NCBI GenBank assembly: GCA_964304625.1
Contig: OZ199838.1
Location: 12,192,524-12,256,523 of the forward strand
DNA from: Kudoa neothunni
Taxonomy: Eukaryota; Animalia; Cnidaria
Direction of reading: 5' to 3'
DNA length: 64,000 nt
Shown: piece after piece, positions 40,345 to 54,392 of the stretch
Numbering within the stretch: the stretch's first letter is position 1
Layout: each line of letters opens with the position of its first letter
Position numbers and translations under genes: made by a program
The notes under the pieces: generated by a model
Database searches by the model: none
Seen by the model: the letters and a program-made list of their open reading frames with translations, nothing else
Told to the model about the DNA's origin: nothing

Positions 40345-42247
40345 TCATTCGTCTATTTGGTCTTTCGAATTAAACACGAATTATCCATTTACGGTGGTTT
40401 TATTGGCGTTAAAGTTTGATTTTCTTTCTGACAGATAAATCTATCGGATGAAGTTTTTATTTGATATGATTAAATCAATTTCATATAACTTGATATAGTT
40501 GTTAAAAAATTATTTTTGAAATAAACTGCATTTTCTAATGAAACAACATATAATTCTACAACGTATCGAAAAATACGAAGAGCAGTAAAAAATCATTTTT
40601 GATCGACATTTTTAATCGTCGGTTTTGCAAATAACGAATCATATTCTTCCATCAAAGCTTAAAAACAAAGAAGCTCTCCTTTAACCAGTATAGAATAATT
40701 TTGTCGCGCGAATTAACCAACGGAGCCGAAAGTCTACAAAAATAAAAATAAGGCGTTATCTTGGTCTTGTAACGGAATTGAATCGGATTGGGTTTTTCCA
40801 TATTAAACAATGTTTTAGACCTTTCTTTTATCCCTTCACTTTTATTAATACAAGAAATATTTTACTTAGAACTATATTAACCCTTAATAGATGAGCTTGT
40901 GCTCCACGAGCCCACCTAAGTAGTAATTTGAACATTATCCATCAAGGAATAAAATTTCTCAACACTAATTTTTATATTTTATCTATATAATTCAATATAT
41001 TGAATATTTATGTACTTATCATTTATAATTAATAAAAAAATAAGCTTTCATCTAAACAAATTCCTTTTAAATAGTAGAAGTATTTAAACCATTGATGCTA
41101 CGTGATGATTAAATATTCTCGAAAACATTTGATACACATGTTACATTTGAATTTATTGAATTTACAAAGAGGCATGTTACATCATTTTTTTCCGTTATTT
41201 ACGAATATTTTTTAATTATAAAGTCAGGAAATATATGTAATTTGTAACCTTTTATCGTTAATATTTTTGGATCCAAAAAATTATATTCCCAATTAAAATT
41301 AATAATCATTACTAAAAATACGAGACTCACATTTAAAATATCAATTACAATATGAAAAACTAGTGCTAATGACTAAAACTAAAGAATGATAAGTCGATAT
41401 AGAAAAAGCTTAACGGTTTAATAATATTATTAGTTAGAAAGCAATATTAAAAATTTAAAAGTCCTATTAAAATGGGTGTTAAATAATTATATTAAAGCAC
41501 ATAATTTCAATTATCATAAAATGTTTATAATATATAACCCTGTAAATAAATATTATAAAAATGTTAAAATTATTAACATTTAATTCGATTAAACATTTTT
41601 AATATTTACATGGATAATCAGATATTTGTTTAAAAAATATGGGCTACAGCAAAAAAATATTAAACAATATATTTTTTGATTAATTTAATCACAAAATAAA
41701 TAAATTATTTTTGAAAATGTCTTATAGCGATAAAATGGAAAAGTTTGGCAAATAAATTTATCTCTAATCCGTTAAAAATAATAAACTATACTAAGGGCTG
41801 AGTTACAAATGAGATATTTGACATAAAAAGGGTTATGAAAAAGAATTCGGTAAATACTAGAAAATAAAAATAAAATATATTTTTAGAGGGTGAAACTCTT
41901 CAGGATAAATAAAAAATTATCTCTGAAGGACTAACTGAAACAAGTAGAAATATCACACAGAATTTTAATAGCCAGAAAGCGTATCATTACGATTAAGTTC
42001 AAGTTCAATTGGAATGTTTGAACTTTTATGCCTCAAATGCATTTATAATTAATTAACCGTGGATTGAAACTTTAATTTACTGAAAGTGTTTGATAATGTT
42101 AGATGAAAGAAAATAACATGTAATCTCCTAATCCTCGCGTAAACATATTTCACAGTAAATAAACTCTATGGCTGAGTATCGAACGAGGTAGTGCGATTTA
42201 GACCCACGTGCATACTTTTTTGAATATCAACCAAAATTACAATCAAT

Positions 42248-43943
42248 ATGGCATATTTGTGCCAGAAGAACCCCTATCTTAAAAGTCTTATCACAGAAGT
42301 GATTTCGTGCGTGCCTATCGCGGATGAAAATAAATCTGTTTCCGATGTCAGTTATATGGTTGAGTTGAAAGAATCGTTGTTTTTTCCAGAAGGAGGGGGC
42401 CAGGTGCACTATAATATTTGAAGCCAGTAGTAAAGTTGATTTTTAGCCTGCCGATTTTGGAAAAGTCTGACTTACAGTCATCGTCTACTTATTAATCTGT
42501 GTATCTGATAGATCGGAGCAGCAAAAGTGCTATGGGTGACACGACAACCTGGCAAAATACTTCATCGAGTAGATATTTGCTTAGATGTTGGAGTTGAAGT
42601 GGAATGCACATTGGATTGGCCAAGACGTTACGACCATATGCAACAGCATTCAGGTTTTTGTCAAACTACTTTTTTTTCACTTTAATCAGGTAATTTTCAT
42701 GATTATAGGTCAACACTTGTTATCAGCTGTTTTGAATAGTCACAATATTCCAACGGTGTCATGGTAAGTAGGCACTATTTGAGGTGTATGTAACTATTGA
42801 TGTATAAGGGAATTGGGGACTTTTACTTGCAACATTGACATCCAAGTCGACAAAAACAAAATGAATGCGCAGTTTTTGGATCAAATAGAAAAACAAGTCA
42901 ATGAAAAAATACGCCAAGGGTTGCCTGTTATTGCTCATGAATATAGTGTTAATGAATTGGACACCTTAGTTGAGCAGGTTGATTGGTCGTCAATGAGTTT
43001 GCCTCAAAATTGACACCGAAATTAATATAGGGAAGACTAAAGGTGAAACCCCCTACTTTGAATGGTTGTACATCTTATTCATTCATTGAAATAAAGGGTA
43101 AATACACTTTGAACTAATTTTACTGACAAATAATAATAATAATTTATTTATTTATTGCAACTTATAGATACCGACTTCAATATGTGTTGTGGCACCCATG
43201 TGAGATCGTTGGCTGATTTACAAGCAATCAAATTGTTGTTTACCGAGGCAACGAAAGGAAACACAAGATTGCATTTTATTTGTGGTCAGAGAGTGTTAGA
43301 TAGGTTCTCCACATTATTTCAATATGAAAAAGACATGATTAAAATATTAAAGTATTTGTTCTGGAAACAGAAATAACCCAATTTTATTTTAACAACATAA
43401 ACAGATGTCAACCTAAAGAACACTTGCATAAAGTTGATGATTATCTTAAGACCATAAAATCGTTGGAAAAATCCAAAGCCACACATTTAAAAGAAATCGC
43501 CAAAACCGATGCTATGACTATTGGTAGTAATAGCAACAATAATTTTGTTTTTGTTCACAAGTATGAGCTTTGAGTGAAATTTTGAAGCAGTCTAATCTGA
43601 ATTGATTGAATAAAGGGAAGATTACGATAGCACATATTTGAACTCATTCATGAAAGAATTGAATGAAAATCCCGCGATTGGCTGTAATAAGATTGTGATG
43701 GTGGTGTGTGGCCCAACCAAAGGGACAGGTGTATTCGGAGTGAAAGCTCCTGAGACATTTTTTAACGAACACGAGAAAATGTAATTAATCTTGAATTTTA
43801 ATAGCTAATTAATAAAAATATAAAGGATTTTAACCGCCCTGGAAGCAAAAGGAAAATCACGTAATGGCATCCTTCAAGGGAAAGCTGAAAACCTTAAATC
43901 TATTACTTCATTAGTAGCTCAACTTGAGAAACTAACCGTTTAA
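42248..43943 (+). CDS. AARSD1: Alanyl-tRNA editing protein (AlaX-type)
   Basis: MAYLCQKNPYLK, LFFPEGGGQ, HMQQHS|GQHLLSA (HxxxH), NMCCGTHV (CxxxH), C-terminal GILQGK; stop 43941-43. Confidence 0.93.
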
Positions 43944-43995
43944 AATAATTTTAACAAAGTGTTCAACAAAAATAGTATAACATTTTAAAATTCTA

Positions 43996-46900
43996 TTAGA
44001 GGATTGTTTGTTGCGTAGTGACAATATCGGCGTTGCTGCTTGAGGTATCATCTCGTATTGGTGGTGTTGTTTGTGGCGGTGAATGTATTTGAGGTGGATT
44101 ATTGTTATATCTGAATCAAGTTTATTGTCAAAAATGTTATAATCAACAATAAATTATTGAAGGGAAGATGTTTTAAAGGAAAATTAATTACTTGTCAAAT
44201 GTTTCGTTGTCTTTTGTTAGCGCCACAACTGGAGAGTTGTTTTCAACCTCTATGGATGAGAATGAAGTGTTGAATTTAGTGTTTTCGGTGTTTTTTTCAA
44301 CCATGATGGGGGTGCTAGAGATAGCATTGCTAGTGGGTGCGTTTTCTGTCTGTTTGATGGAAATTGATTTGTTGTGCAATGGCGATGGCAAATTTGAGCT
44401 ATTAGCATATTGTGATCCTGGACCTAAAATCCAAATTATACGATGAAATAATAATGCCGATCATATGAAATGTATCCGTAGCTTAAATTTACGCTAACAG
44501 GTGCAAGACAAGTACATCGATAAACTGAGTCGACGCATTTTGCTTTAATTTTATTTTTTTAAAATTTTAATGGTTTACACTGCAAATGTCTACTTTTCTT
44601 TCTCTATAAACGAGGTTTTGTGAATATTCATATATAGGATCAAATCGTTTGAAACCAATGGTTCATTCTACTGATTTAATATTTCGGAGACGACAAAGAA
44701 TCTCTTGTACTTTACGGAATATTTTTTGAATTACTGGTTTGAGAATATTTTTATTCTCAATTTGAACCTATTTATATCGGCTTAGGTTTTATTTATAGTA
44801 AGATGGAATTTTTGGTCATATTGGCGCATTTGTAGGGAAAAACATTTTTAATTCCAATAACTACGATACACGATGCGTAGATAATTTGTATGGTTCATTT
44901 TTTTGAGACACTCCATATTTAAACTATTATGGCATGAATATAGTCGTTAAGAATGAATTCATCGTCTTATTTATTTCAAATGCACGGGTATAATTAACGA
45001 ATCGCTCGAGCACAAATAAAGGGTTTTTATAAAAAAAATTAAGATATTTAGTCAATTATGAATTATCAAAAATTAATATATTTTAATTTTTTTAACTCAC
45101 AAATATCATCAATTTAAATATAAAAAGATTTAAGAAATTAATTTTCAATTATTTTTGATCATAAAAATAGATAAAAATCATCTAAAACAATAAATTTGAT
45201 AAATGTTTTATATTATGCACATTTAAAAGATTAAGTTTGTTCACTTTGAAATTTTTAAATTATAACTCAAATGAGGTCGTAAAATTCGAAACATGAGCGC
45301 AACAACAAAATATAGAATATTTCTATTTTAGATTTTTGAGACGGTTTCTCGAAATAAGCTGTTATTCCGTCTAAATTCTCCCGTGTTTTAATTAGTAATT
45401 TTTCGTTAATAAGATAATGGATGGATCATTACAGGCATTAGATGTATTGTAGCTAATCGTTTTTACTGAATTTATTTAATGTTTTTCCTTATGTATTCGT
45501 AGTTTAAAAAGTAAAAACTATTTCTGAAATTATGATAGATTATTCTCATACAATTAAGATTGAAAATTACAACAATTAAAATACTCTATAGGAATATTTT
45601 ATATAAAAAATACGCTATTTCGCAATTACGTAGCTCTCTGGTACCACCTTAAGTATTTACTCCTTTAATTTAACGAATTGCATCACTTTAGACTCTATAA
45701 CTCAATTGAAAATAAATTTTGATTTATTACCAAATTATTTAATAGTTTTATTAAAAAACTACTCAAGTTGTTACTTATCGCCATCATAATCTCCCTCTAC
45801 TACTGCTTTGCAGATTATTTCTACTTTTTATAGCACATAAAACAAGGTGGACATATTGATTTCTTCCTTATAAGCAAGTCCGAATTTATCCAAACGAATA
45901 AATCAAAAAGAAATATCAAGTAGTGAATTTGTTACTATACTTATGGCTGATTCGATTAATTAATTAATTGCCAAGAAATCCGATTTTTTAGACAATAAAG
46001 AAAATATTTGAGAAAAAAATTATATAAGGAGATCGCATTGGAACAAAATTTATAACTTACAGGTGTTTTCATTGTTTAGGTCGTGCTTTAATTTATGAAT
46101 GGTCATTTTTCATGATGAGTATTTTACGAACTTGCGATTGTTGTCAAAAGTGACAAATTAACTTTAGTGATATTTCCGATGGAGATTAAGTTGATTTTTT
46201 CAACATTTAAATAAAAATATACTGTTCTATCGTTAAAAGGTGGTCAGTTAATTCTTATAAACAATCTGCATAAATTTTTTAAAGTTAAGTTTGTTTCGCA
46301 CCTTAAATCCAATTAAAACCAAGAAGAGAGATCTACTAAATGGCTTTCAGCTTATTATATTGATCCATATACGTAGATCACGTAAAAGATTTTTTCATTA
46401 GACATTGTAAGACTCCATAACACTTTAAAAAATCGAAAATTTACCTTCTTGATGATATGAGTAAAATAATTAGCATGAGGAACGATTGAAATATTTAAGA
46501 AGCATCTTATTTATAAATAATTATTTAAAAATAATTTGTTAGTTGTTCCATAGAAATGTATTTCAACGTGTAATTAAATTATACAGCATAAATGTATTAT
46601 TCAAAAAGTTCAACATTATTTCATTGGATCAAACACATAAAACTGTAAAAATGAAGTCAGAAAACTAAGTAATAAGGTTTTCTCTAATAACGCCTTATGT
46701 TTGTTACTCAACAAAATTCATGACCATCACTGGCTGGAATGTTTGGAAAATTCAACACGAATTGAGAAAAATAGTTAATATATTAAAAATAACATATAAA
46801 AATTTAATCGTCCAAAAATAATAATTACTCTACTCAATATAATAATTTTGAGTTAATTTGTAGCATCCTTCAATACAAATATTATTCATGCGCACGTAGT

Positions 46901-49644
46901 TAACCAATTTTTCTCTGAAACCAAATGGATTACAGGAACACGATAAACTATTGTATTTGACTATCACATTTATTCAAATAACATCACGCGAAAAAATTGA
47001 TTATTATTTTATATGTCTCGTGCTTTTAGCATAATCTGATTGTTGTTTTAAATGCCAGAAATTTTTAGCTATTATCGCGGCGGGGAATTTTAATGCCCAA
47101 ATCACACACACACGCACGTGCATTAATTAGTTTAATCCTAACAACTTTACTCTCAAACTGTACACAAACTTTTTTAGAATATGCGATAATTATTTCTGAA
47201 CGGTAGATTCGCCCTTAAGGATCAGAGATAATTATACTCGAAACTAACGACATCTTAATATTAATTGTGGTGCTAATAGCCATTATCTTGTTAGATCCCA
47301 AACAAGCCTATCCTGATTTTAAATTTTTTTATATAATAAAAATTAATCGTTTAAATTTAAATAATTTTTATCGAATTCTGTCATTTAAAATAAATTATTT
47401 TTTTGAATTTATCTGAATCCGCCTGATAATAAAACATACCGAAATATAATGGTGGTTTTAATAGTCTTATTTGATCAATGTTGTTCCAATGATGATCTTC
47501 ATCGTCGAAAAATATCCAAAAACGTCTGAAGTTGGCTTGGCCTTCAATTTTTTCAACAGTTCCGGGGAGAAAACTATCGATACCGGGCCATCTTGCTATC
47601 ACCCTGCTACCGACTATTACTTCAGAGGAATCAGGTTCAGCGTCAAAGATAATGGCATCTTCGACATCTTTTGCAAACGCGGCAGTGTTTCCATTGTCAT
47701 TTTTTACATAGATTTTATCTGACAATGCTACAATATGACCATGGTAGTATTCTCCATTGTATCCTTTGCTAAGAACACGCGAGCCAATTCTCAAATAACC
47801 TGAAGTTCTTCGATCGTTTATAGCAGATGTGTTAGTTTTTCTAGATTTAAGTGGAATAATTAGGCTGGTTAGTTAAATATCATGTCACCTTCTAAATGAC
47901 TTTTTACGTATTGAGTTTCTAGCAATTTTCATTGACTCGTATAAAGTTCGTCCTCTTTGAAAAACATTTTAATGTTCTGTTAGTCAATTCGTAAAAATTA
48001 CTGATATATGTGAGAGGTTTGCCCAGTGAGGAAAAATCCAGACTTTTTCTCCTTTTTAACACATTTCAACAGTCTGTAATAAATTCATAACGCTCAAAAT
48101 GGAAAAAGTTAACACAAACCTGAAAAAAGAATGATTTTCAATACACAACTTCCAAATATCTTTAGAAATAAATGAGTTGTCGGTCACAAGGATGATTTTT
48201 CTTTTTTTCTTATTGTTCTAGATGTCAGAATTATTCAAATATAATCGTGGTATCGAAAATACTCTATTCTGCACTTTGAATTTAATTACTTTCCTTTTAA
48301 ATGCTATTAGTAATAATTGCTCCCTTTATATATTTATTTAATTAATTTATGTATTTTTAATTAGTAAATACCAAAAATAATTTTCTAAATCTATGTTATT
48401 TCGAGATATTATTAATCCTTTAGATCCAATGCACAATTCATGTTGAAGTCCAAGTATATTCTAAAAAATTGATATTATGAGAAATAAAATTTAAATTAAT
48501 TAGAGTGATTAATTAATTAATTAAATATAAATATAATTAGGTATGCGAACGTACAGTAACGGAAAATTTATGTAATCCAAAACCATGGATATTTTTTACA
48601 ATTCTCAGATAGTTCATTTCACATTCTCCAGGTGTCATCGAGCTAAAGAGAAATTATTAATCTGGGAAAAACTAGCAAAAAACTACATCAATGCTCTATG
48701 TTTATCGGAAACCTGTTTTTCAAATTCTTCAGTCTAAAAATAACCCAATTAGTTACTCACATCAAACGTCACATCATTAAATAACTTGTTTGGGTATAAA
48801 TTTAAAGTTTTTCACATAGTTTGACACATTCTGCAGATCTTCATAATCTCCAAGCTCACCTAATTCACAAAATATCTCCAGTGTAACTCGCACAAATAGT
48901 TTATAATTAACTTTGAAGCGATAAAGCCGCCAATTCGACGCTTATATGATGTGGGGGTGATAGTTTTCGTTCTCGAATATCTTTTCGAGCTTGTAGATAG
49001 AAGTGATACCTACATTCAACATTAATACAAATATCAATCATCTGAAATCAACCTGGTCAGTTCTTCAATCAATTCATCGGGATCATGTGGGAAAAATTTC
49101 ACTTTAAAATGAAAATTAAAGTTTTCTATTAGCGAACACCATTAGCTCATTTAAACAATGAAATAGAAAAAAGAATCACTTTTAACTTGTGATCTTATAG
49201 TTTTTGTCATATCTAACCAAAACTAAATACACACATGTATAACTATCAAAGAAATAATCACATGCCGACCTACCATCTGGTTTCCGAATTCATACTGTAA
49301 ACTGAAGTAGTCTCTTTCCACCAGATCCAATGTGCGGACCACCTGATTCATTAGATCTTCTCCTGTGCAATCTTTCTATTAAATATTACTCCACGTTAGC
49401 TGTAATCAAATGAGAAATCAATACACACAACATTTACCCCCATTTTAAAAATCTGTTCACTATTGTCGAGAAATACCACTTTACACTCCAGCTTTCTTCT
49501 ATCATAATTTATCCAATTCGAAGTGGTTGATTTCTCATGAACAGCGGTTCTATTTTTTTGTGTTTTATTGTTGGAGGTAGAAAGTGAAGGATGTGTTTTT
49601 GGGTTGGTTCTCCCATTCAGGAAGGTGCTTATTCTATTAAACAT
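43996..49644 (-). CDS. Band-4.1-type FERM protein with tandem Tudor-like domain and S/T/P-rich tail
   Basis: FERM motifs CKVVFLD, LDLVERDYFSLQY, WLDMTKTIRSQ, FKVKFFPHDPDELIEELTR|YHFYLQ, ELGDY, IWKLCIENHSFF; then two GSRV repeats (47440-47800); in-frame 3016-nt intron 47439-44424; low-complexity tail to stop at 43996. Confidence 0.82.
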
Positions 49645-50191
49645 TACTACCTATTATGTGACTTTTATTTTTCGAATAACAATGTGAAAAATCAAACAAT
49701 TCTATTCCCAATAGTTTTACACAAATCGAGTTAAATAGCTATAGAAACGCCGTGACTCACTCTCAACCGTTCAAACAACTGTTCTCTACTATCAAACTAT
49801 TATGTCGGTGTAATAATATTCATAGTGTCGCTTTTTATAGTTGAATTATTGTATTGCCAAGGTGTATTGATCCTGTTTGTTCTTAAATCCCACGCTAAAA
49901 TGGTTCCCGTGGTAACTATTTAATAAATACGCTGGGTAAAAATAAATCACCCCGCCATTAGATAACTCTAGAATTTGCTTTAGGAAAATGTGAATTACAC
50001 AAAAGAACCCGAAAGCAAATGATAACTCAATCGAAGATATCCCAACAGTTTGGTTAAAGTGGCCGACTTTGATAATTAACGATAATAACTGTCAAATACT
50101 ATTAATATTCATTTCTATAGTTATCAAACCATACTCTCGACTAATAGAAATAACAATTGAATCATTAATATTTTATGATAATAAACTCAAT

Positions 50192-50215
50192 TATATATAT
50201 ATATATATATATATA
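50192..50215. repeat. (TA)n microsatellite
   Basis: ~12 TA units. Confidence 0.95.
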
Positions 50216-50279
50216 CATATCACTAATATATGCATATATAGTAGTGAATAAATACACAAATAAAACACTATCTATAAAT

Positions 50280-51856
50280 CTACAGCGTAGAGGATGTTTT
50301 TAGTAATTTCTTGGCAAAAAATGGATTATTCATGTACACATGGATATTCTTCTTGAGATCGTGTGAAAGTAATTTTCGTAAAACTGCTAAAGACTTGGTC
50401 AGCTTAAGAATATATCTAAAACGAAAATCGAAGTTGTAAGCAAACAAATCATATATTAAGCGCAAAATACTTTTCGTTAGTAGCAGGTAAATCCTGCATC
50501 GAGCAATTCAATATTTTTTCTACTTCAACCAGCCGATCATAATCATGAGGGGATATCAAGGTGATGCTGGTACCGGCTCTACCTGCTCTGCTGGTACGTC
50601 CCACGCGATGGATATAATTGTCTGTAGCTAATGGCAACGAGCTAAAACCAAAATATAATGAATTCTGAGCGTGTTTTACAATAAAACAAATAGACAGTTG
50701 GTTACTCATTGATAACTAAAGTAACATAAGGAAGATCCAATCCACGACTGGCCAGATCGGTACAAACCAATATCTGAGTGAGACAACTTTTGAATCTGCT
50801 GTAGGAGTTATTTCGTTTGGCCTGTGGCATGGCGGAATGAAGAGTCGATACACGGAACGAAAGTTTAGATAAAAGTTCGTATAGAATTTGACAATTCCAA
50901 CAACTGGAAGTAAAAATAATAGCTTGCTTTGTGATTTTTTCTTTTGGTGTTTGAGGTATGCGAGTGGATTGTTTGTATACTTTGGTGACGTTCAACTTCA
51001 TTTCAGGTATGTTTAAAAAAAGCTGCAACAAATGCACCAAATGAGCATCTTTAGCAATTGGTGGTACTATGCGATAGTACTGCTTCAATGTGTCCACTGT
51101 TGACACGCTAAGTAATGATCAATAAGATGGGCGGAAAATTGAGAGTGTAACACATACGACGTAGGTTCTTTCCAAAAAAAGGCATTTAAATTGTCCTGTG
51201 TATTGATAAAATTTTTCAGTGTCTCCGAGAGAGTTGCACTTAAAGCTACTATCTGAAACTGATTCTTTGGAGGTAAATGTTGGATAATTTCCGCAATACT
51301 ATCCAGCATTTCACCCTCTTCCAACAACATATCAGCCTCATCCAGTACAAGCATCTTTATGTTTCTAAGAGTGTAGGCATGCTGAGGATCTCTTAATAAG
51401 ATCTTTAGACGACCTGGAGTGGAAACAACTATGTGCGGTTTGTCAGCCAATTGTACACCATTATCCACTTCACTTATACCTCCACTACAGGTTAACACTT
51501 TCACTCGAATACCGCTCCCTAGGGTTGTGAATTGTTCGGCTATCTGTGCAACTAATTCTCTAATAAAAAGTATTATTATGTGCCCATGGTTAATAATACT
51601 CATATTAAAACTACCTAGTTGGTGCCAATACCACTCCAAACACACCAAACATGTCCCTTGATAATATGCTCAACATTGGAATCACATAACATGCTGTTTT
51701 TCCGGTTCCTGTTCGTGATATCACTATTCCGTTTTTTCCATCCATTATATTGGGCATACATTCACGTTGTACTTGAGTTGGATTGTGCATTCCAACCGCC
51801 AACATGTGATTTTCAATAACTTTCGATATTTTAAAAATTTTCCAACCATCACTCAT
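50280..51856 (-). CDS. DDX49: DEAD-box RNA helicase DDX49/Dbp8
   Basis: PTQVQREC, SRTGTGKT, LSRDMFGVFGVVLAPTR|ELVAQIAEQF (DDX49-type DPYGIF...QIAEQF), STPGRL, DEAD, SAT, LASRGLD, YIHRVGRTSRAGR. Confidence 0.9.
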
Positions 51857-52296
51857 CTCACCGAATCTTGATTGAGTATGTTACGAATACTGCTTCACGC
51901 CTAAACGAGGCTATTGTTTTTTTGTTGCGCTTGCGTGAGAACATTACGCCCTCTTTTAATCAAAATTCTATTCATTTTCAAATAAAATATGAGGCTAAGA
52001 TAGTAAATAGAATAAATTTTATATCCTACACTCTTTTATTGTTCCTTGATAAATATTTAAAATAAATACAATTTCTGGTGATCGAATATTCGACGAAGGG
52101 TTTCAAGAAGATTTTATGTAAAATGAGACTGAATATTCCCCAAATTAAATTTATATCCGCGAGAGAATTTTACTAAATTTTTGATGTTTAATAGAAAGTA
52201 AAAAATATTTTAGTATATTTTGAAATGGAACTTGCAGAAAATATGATGGTGGTATTTCAAAAATATTAAAAATATTAAAGAAATTGAAGTTTACAC

Positions 52297-54392
52297 CAGG
52301 GGTGCACAAAATCCGGTACTCAATGAGATTTTTTGTGGTCCTCGATGAACTCTAATTAAGTTCAGATCAATGATACATTTTTAAATGAAATGAAGAAATC
52401 ACTCGATTATTTAATTTCAGTTGGTTCATCTAGGTATTGAATATATCGAGAACACCTAATGAAACGATCAAAAAAATTTATTAAAGTTTTTATCATACAC
52501 GAACCATTAAGAACGAAACATCAAAAACTCTTTAAATAGTCAAAGGCTTATTGCTATTAGCCACTTCACGATGTGATATAGAAAATAGGTTTTTTTGATC
52601 AAAGTTCGTGTACCATTTTTAATTATTTCTTCTTGAGTGTGTATGTAGGAGAAGAAAATCATACAGACGCTGGGCGGATTTATGATTTAAAAATTCGTTT
52701 GACAACGCTAACTCGAAGTTTAAATTCAGTAAAAATAAGGTTAATAATTAAAATACGTTTTATAAACGATGCGAATTAATAAAGTATTTATATTATGTGT
52801 AAAAATCAAAGATTTTGAAAAGTTTCTATACGAAAAATAAATAAAACATGAAATAAACTTTGACACAAAGGATAAACATCCGTTAGAGCTGATAATGAGC
52901 ACATATTAATGGGTAATTTAAACTGCATTTCACATCTACGCTCGCAGCTATTTTTTTTACCCAAGATACATCTCGTATTCAATTCAGCTTTTTTTATTTC
53001 CAAGCTAAAACGACTGAAATTCGAAAAAAATTGATGATGAGAATAAAATATATAATGAAGGCTGGGTAGAAAAATATTTTCATTCAATCGAGGACGAATA
53101 TTATTTGTTTTCTATGTCAACCGGTATTCAATTTAAAACATTTGGTAAACTAATCCTTTATCTACTATCTACTATACATTTAAAGCTGAAGTGTTCGGGT
53201 GTGTGTGTCAGCAAGTATGCATGAGTCAAAATTTTTTCCTTATTGAGAGACATATGTAATTTTTTTAAATTAAAATGTGTAAAAAAATCTTTAAATCGTT
53301 TTCACGTTCCCAAATATCACAAAAAGTGTTTCGAAAATAATGATTTAGTCGATTCAAAGTTTGTTTATCGGGTTACTTAAGTTCAACAATAGGAATAACG
53401 CCGGCTTTTGTCATGGTGAAGGTCGGTTGAAGTTAAAAATCCCTTTATATGTTCTATCAAATGTTGATTAACTACTACTATCTGACTTTGTATATAAATT
53501 TAATGTGTGAATTTAGGTGTTCGTGCAAATACACTCCTTATTTGCGGAGTTTTAACATACTTGACTTGATAAACACATTTTGAAGGTTCTATTAATGGAT
53601 TTAGATTTGACAAAAAATCTATATATGTTTAATGAATAAAGAATTGATAACGAATTCTATAATCAGATAAGTTGAAGCTTTATAATACCTACACCATGTC
53701 CGTAGATTTCATTGAAATCGCTCGCTATGTTTAACTTTCAGTGATTAAATTCAATGCAGATAGTTGTAATCTTACTCCCTCTAATTATATAAATTATTTA
53801 TGTTGATATTGAAGCGATTTTTAGCTGTTTGTTTGGGAAAAGTGCAGTTATGTTTATGCTGGGCAACGCGATGCTAATTTTAGCAATATCAATTAATTTT
53901 CGTACGGGTTCTTTTATCTCTATTACTTTTTCTATTTTTTTATCTCTTAAAAAGTTAGTGATGCACACAGATACTGGGCCGGGCCAGAATTCGACTTTTC
54001 AAATCCTCCGGGGAACAAATCACGTTTAAGGTAACATTTTGGCGGGATTTAAATAATTGAGGAATTCACAAAAATTATCATAATTTAAATTACGCCAGTC
54101 CGAATCGTTGAAAGTATGTCACTTAACATTTTTTAGTTATTTTGCATCTGTGGGTTAATTTGAAACTTCAATATATTTCTTGAATATTATTAAGAAGCTT
54201 ATTTATGCGAAATCTTTCCCAAACAACGCTGGGAGTTCCTTCTAGTTATTTGTGAATTATTTTGAATCTTGCGTTTTAAAATTCGTAAATTAATTCAAAA
54301 TGTGAGCTATAACTTTAGTTTTAAACTTTCTGGACCTGGGCGATTCTGAAGAATAAAATTTGGCCGAGTATCCTAAAGTTAATGCACCATTG
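52297..54392. mobile_element. hAT MITE interrupted by a Helitron
   Basis: Ends CAGGGGTGCAC / ATGCACCATTG; perfect TSD GTTTACAC (52289-96 / 54393-400). Confidence 0.85.
53161..54245 (+). mobile_element. Non-autonomous Helitron
   Basis: Inserted between A and T; starts TCTACTAT... with a short GT microsatellite; ends with hairpin CCCAAACAACGCTGGG then CTAG|T; no TSD. Confidence 0.75.

Noticed and set aside
40877-41490. piggyBac-type MITE starting TTAACCCTT
   Set aside because: No convincing matching right TIR found.
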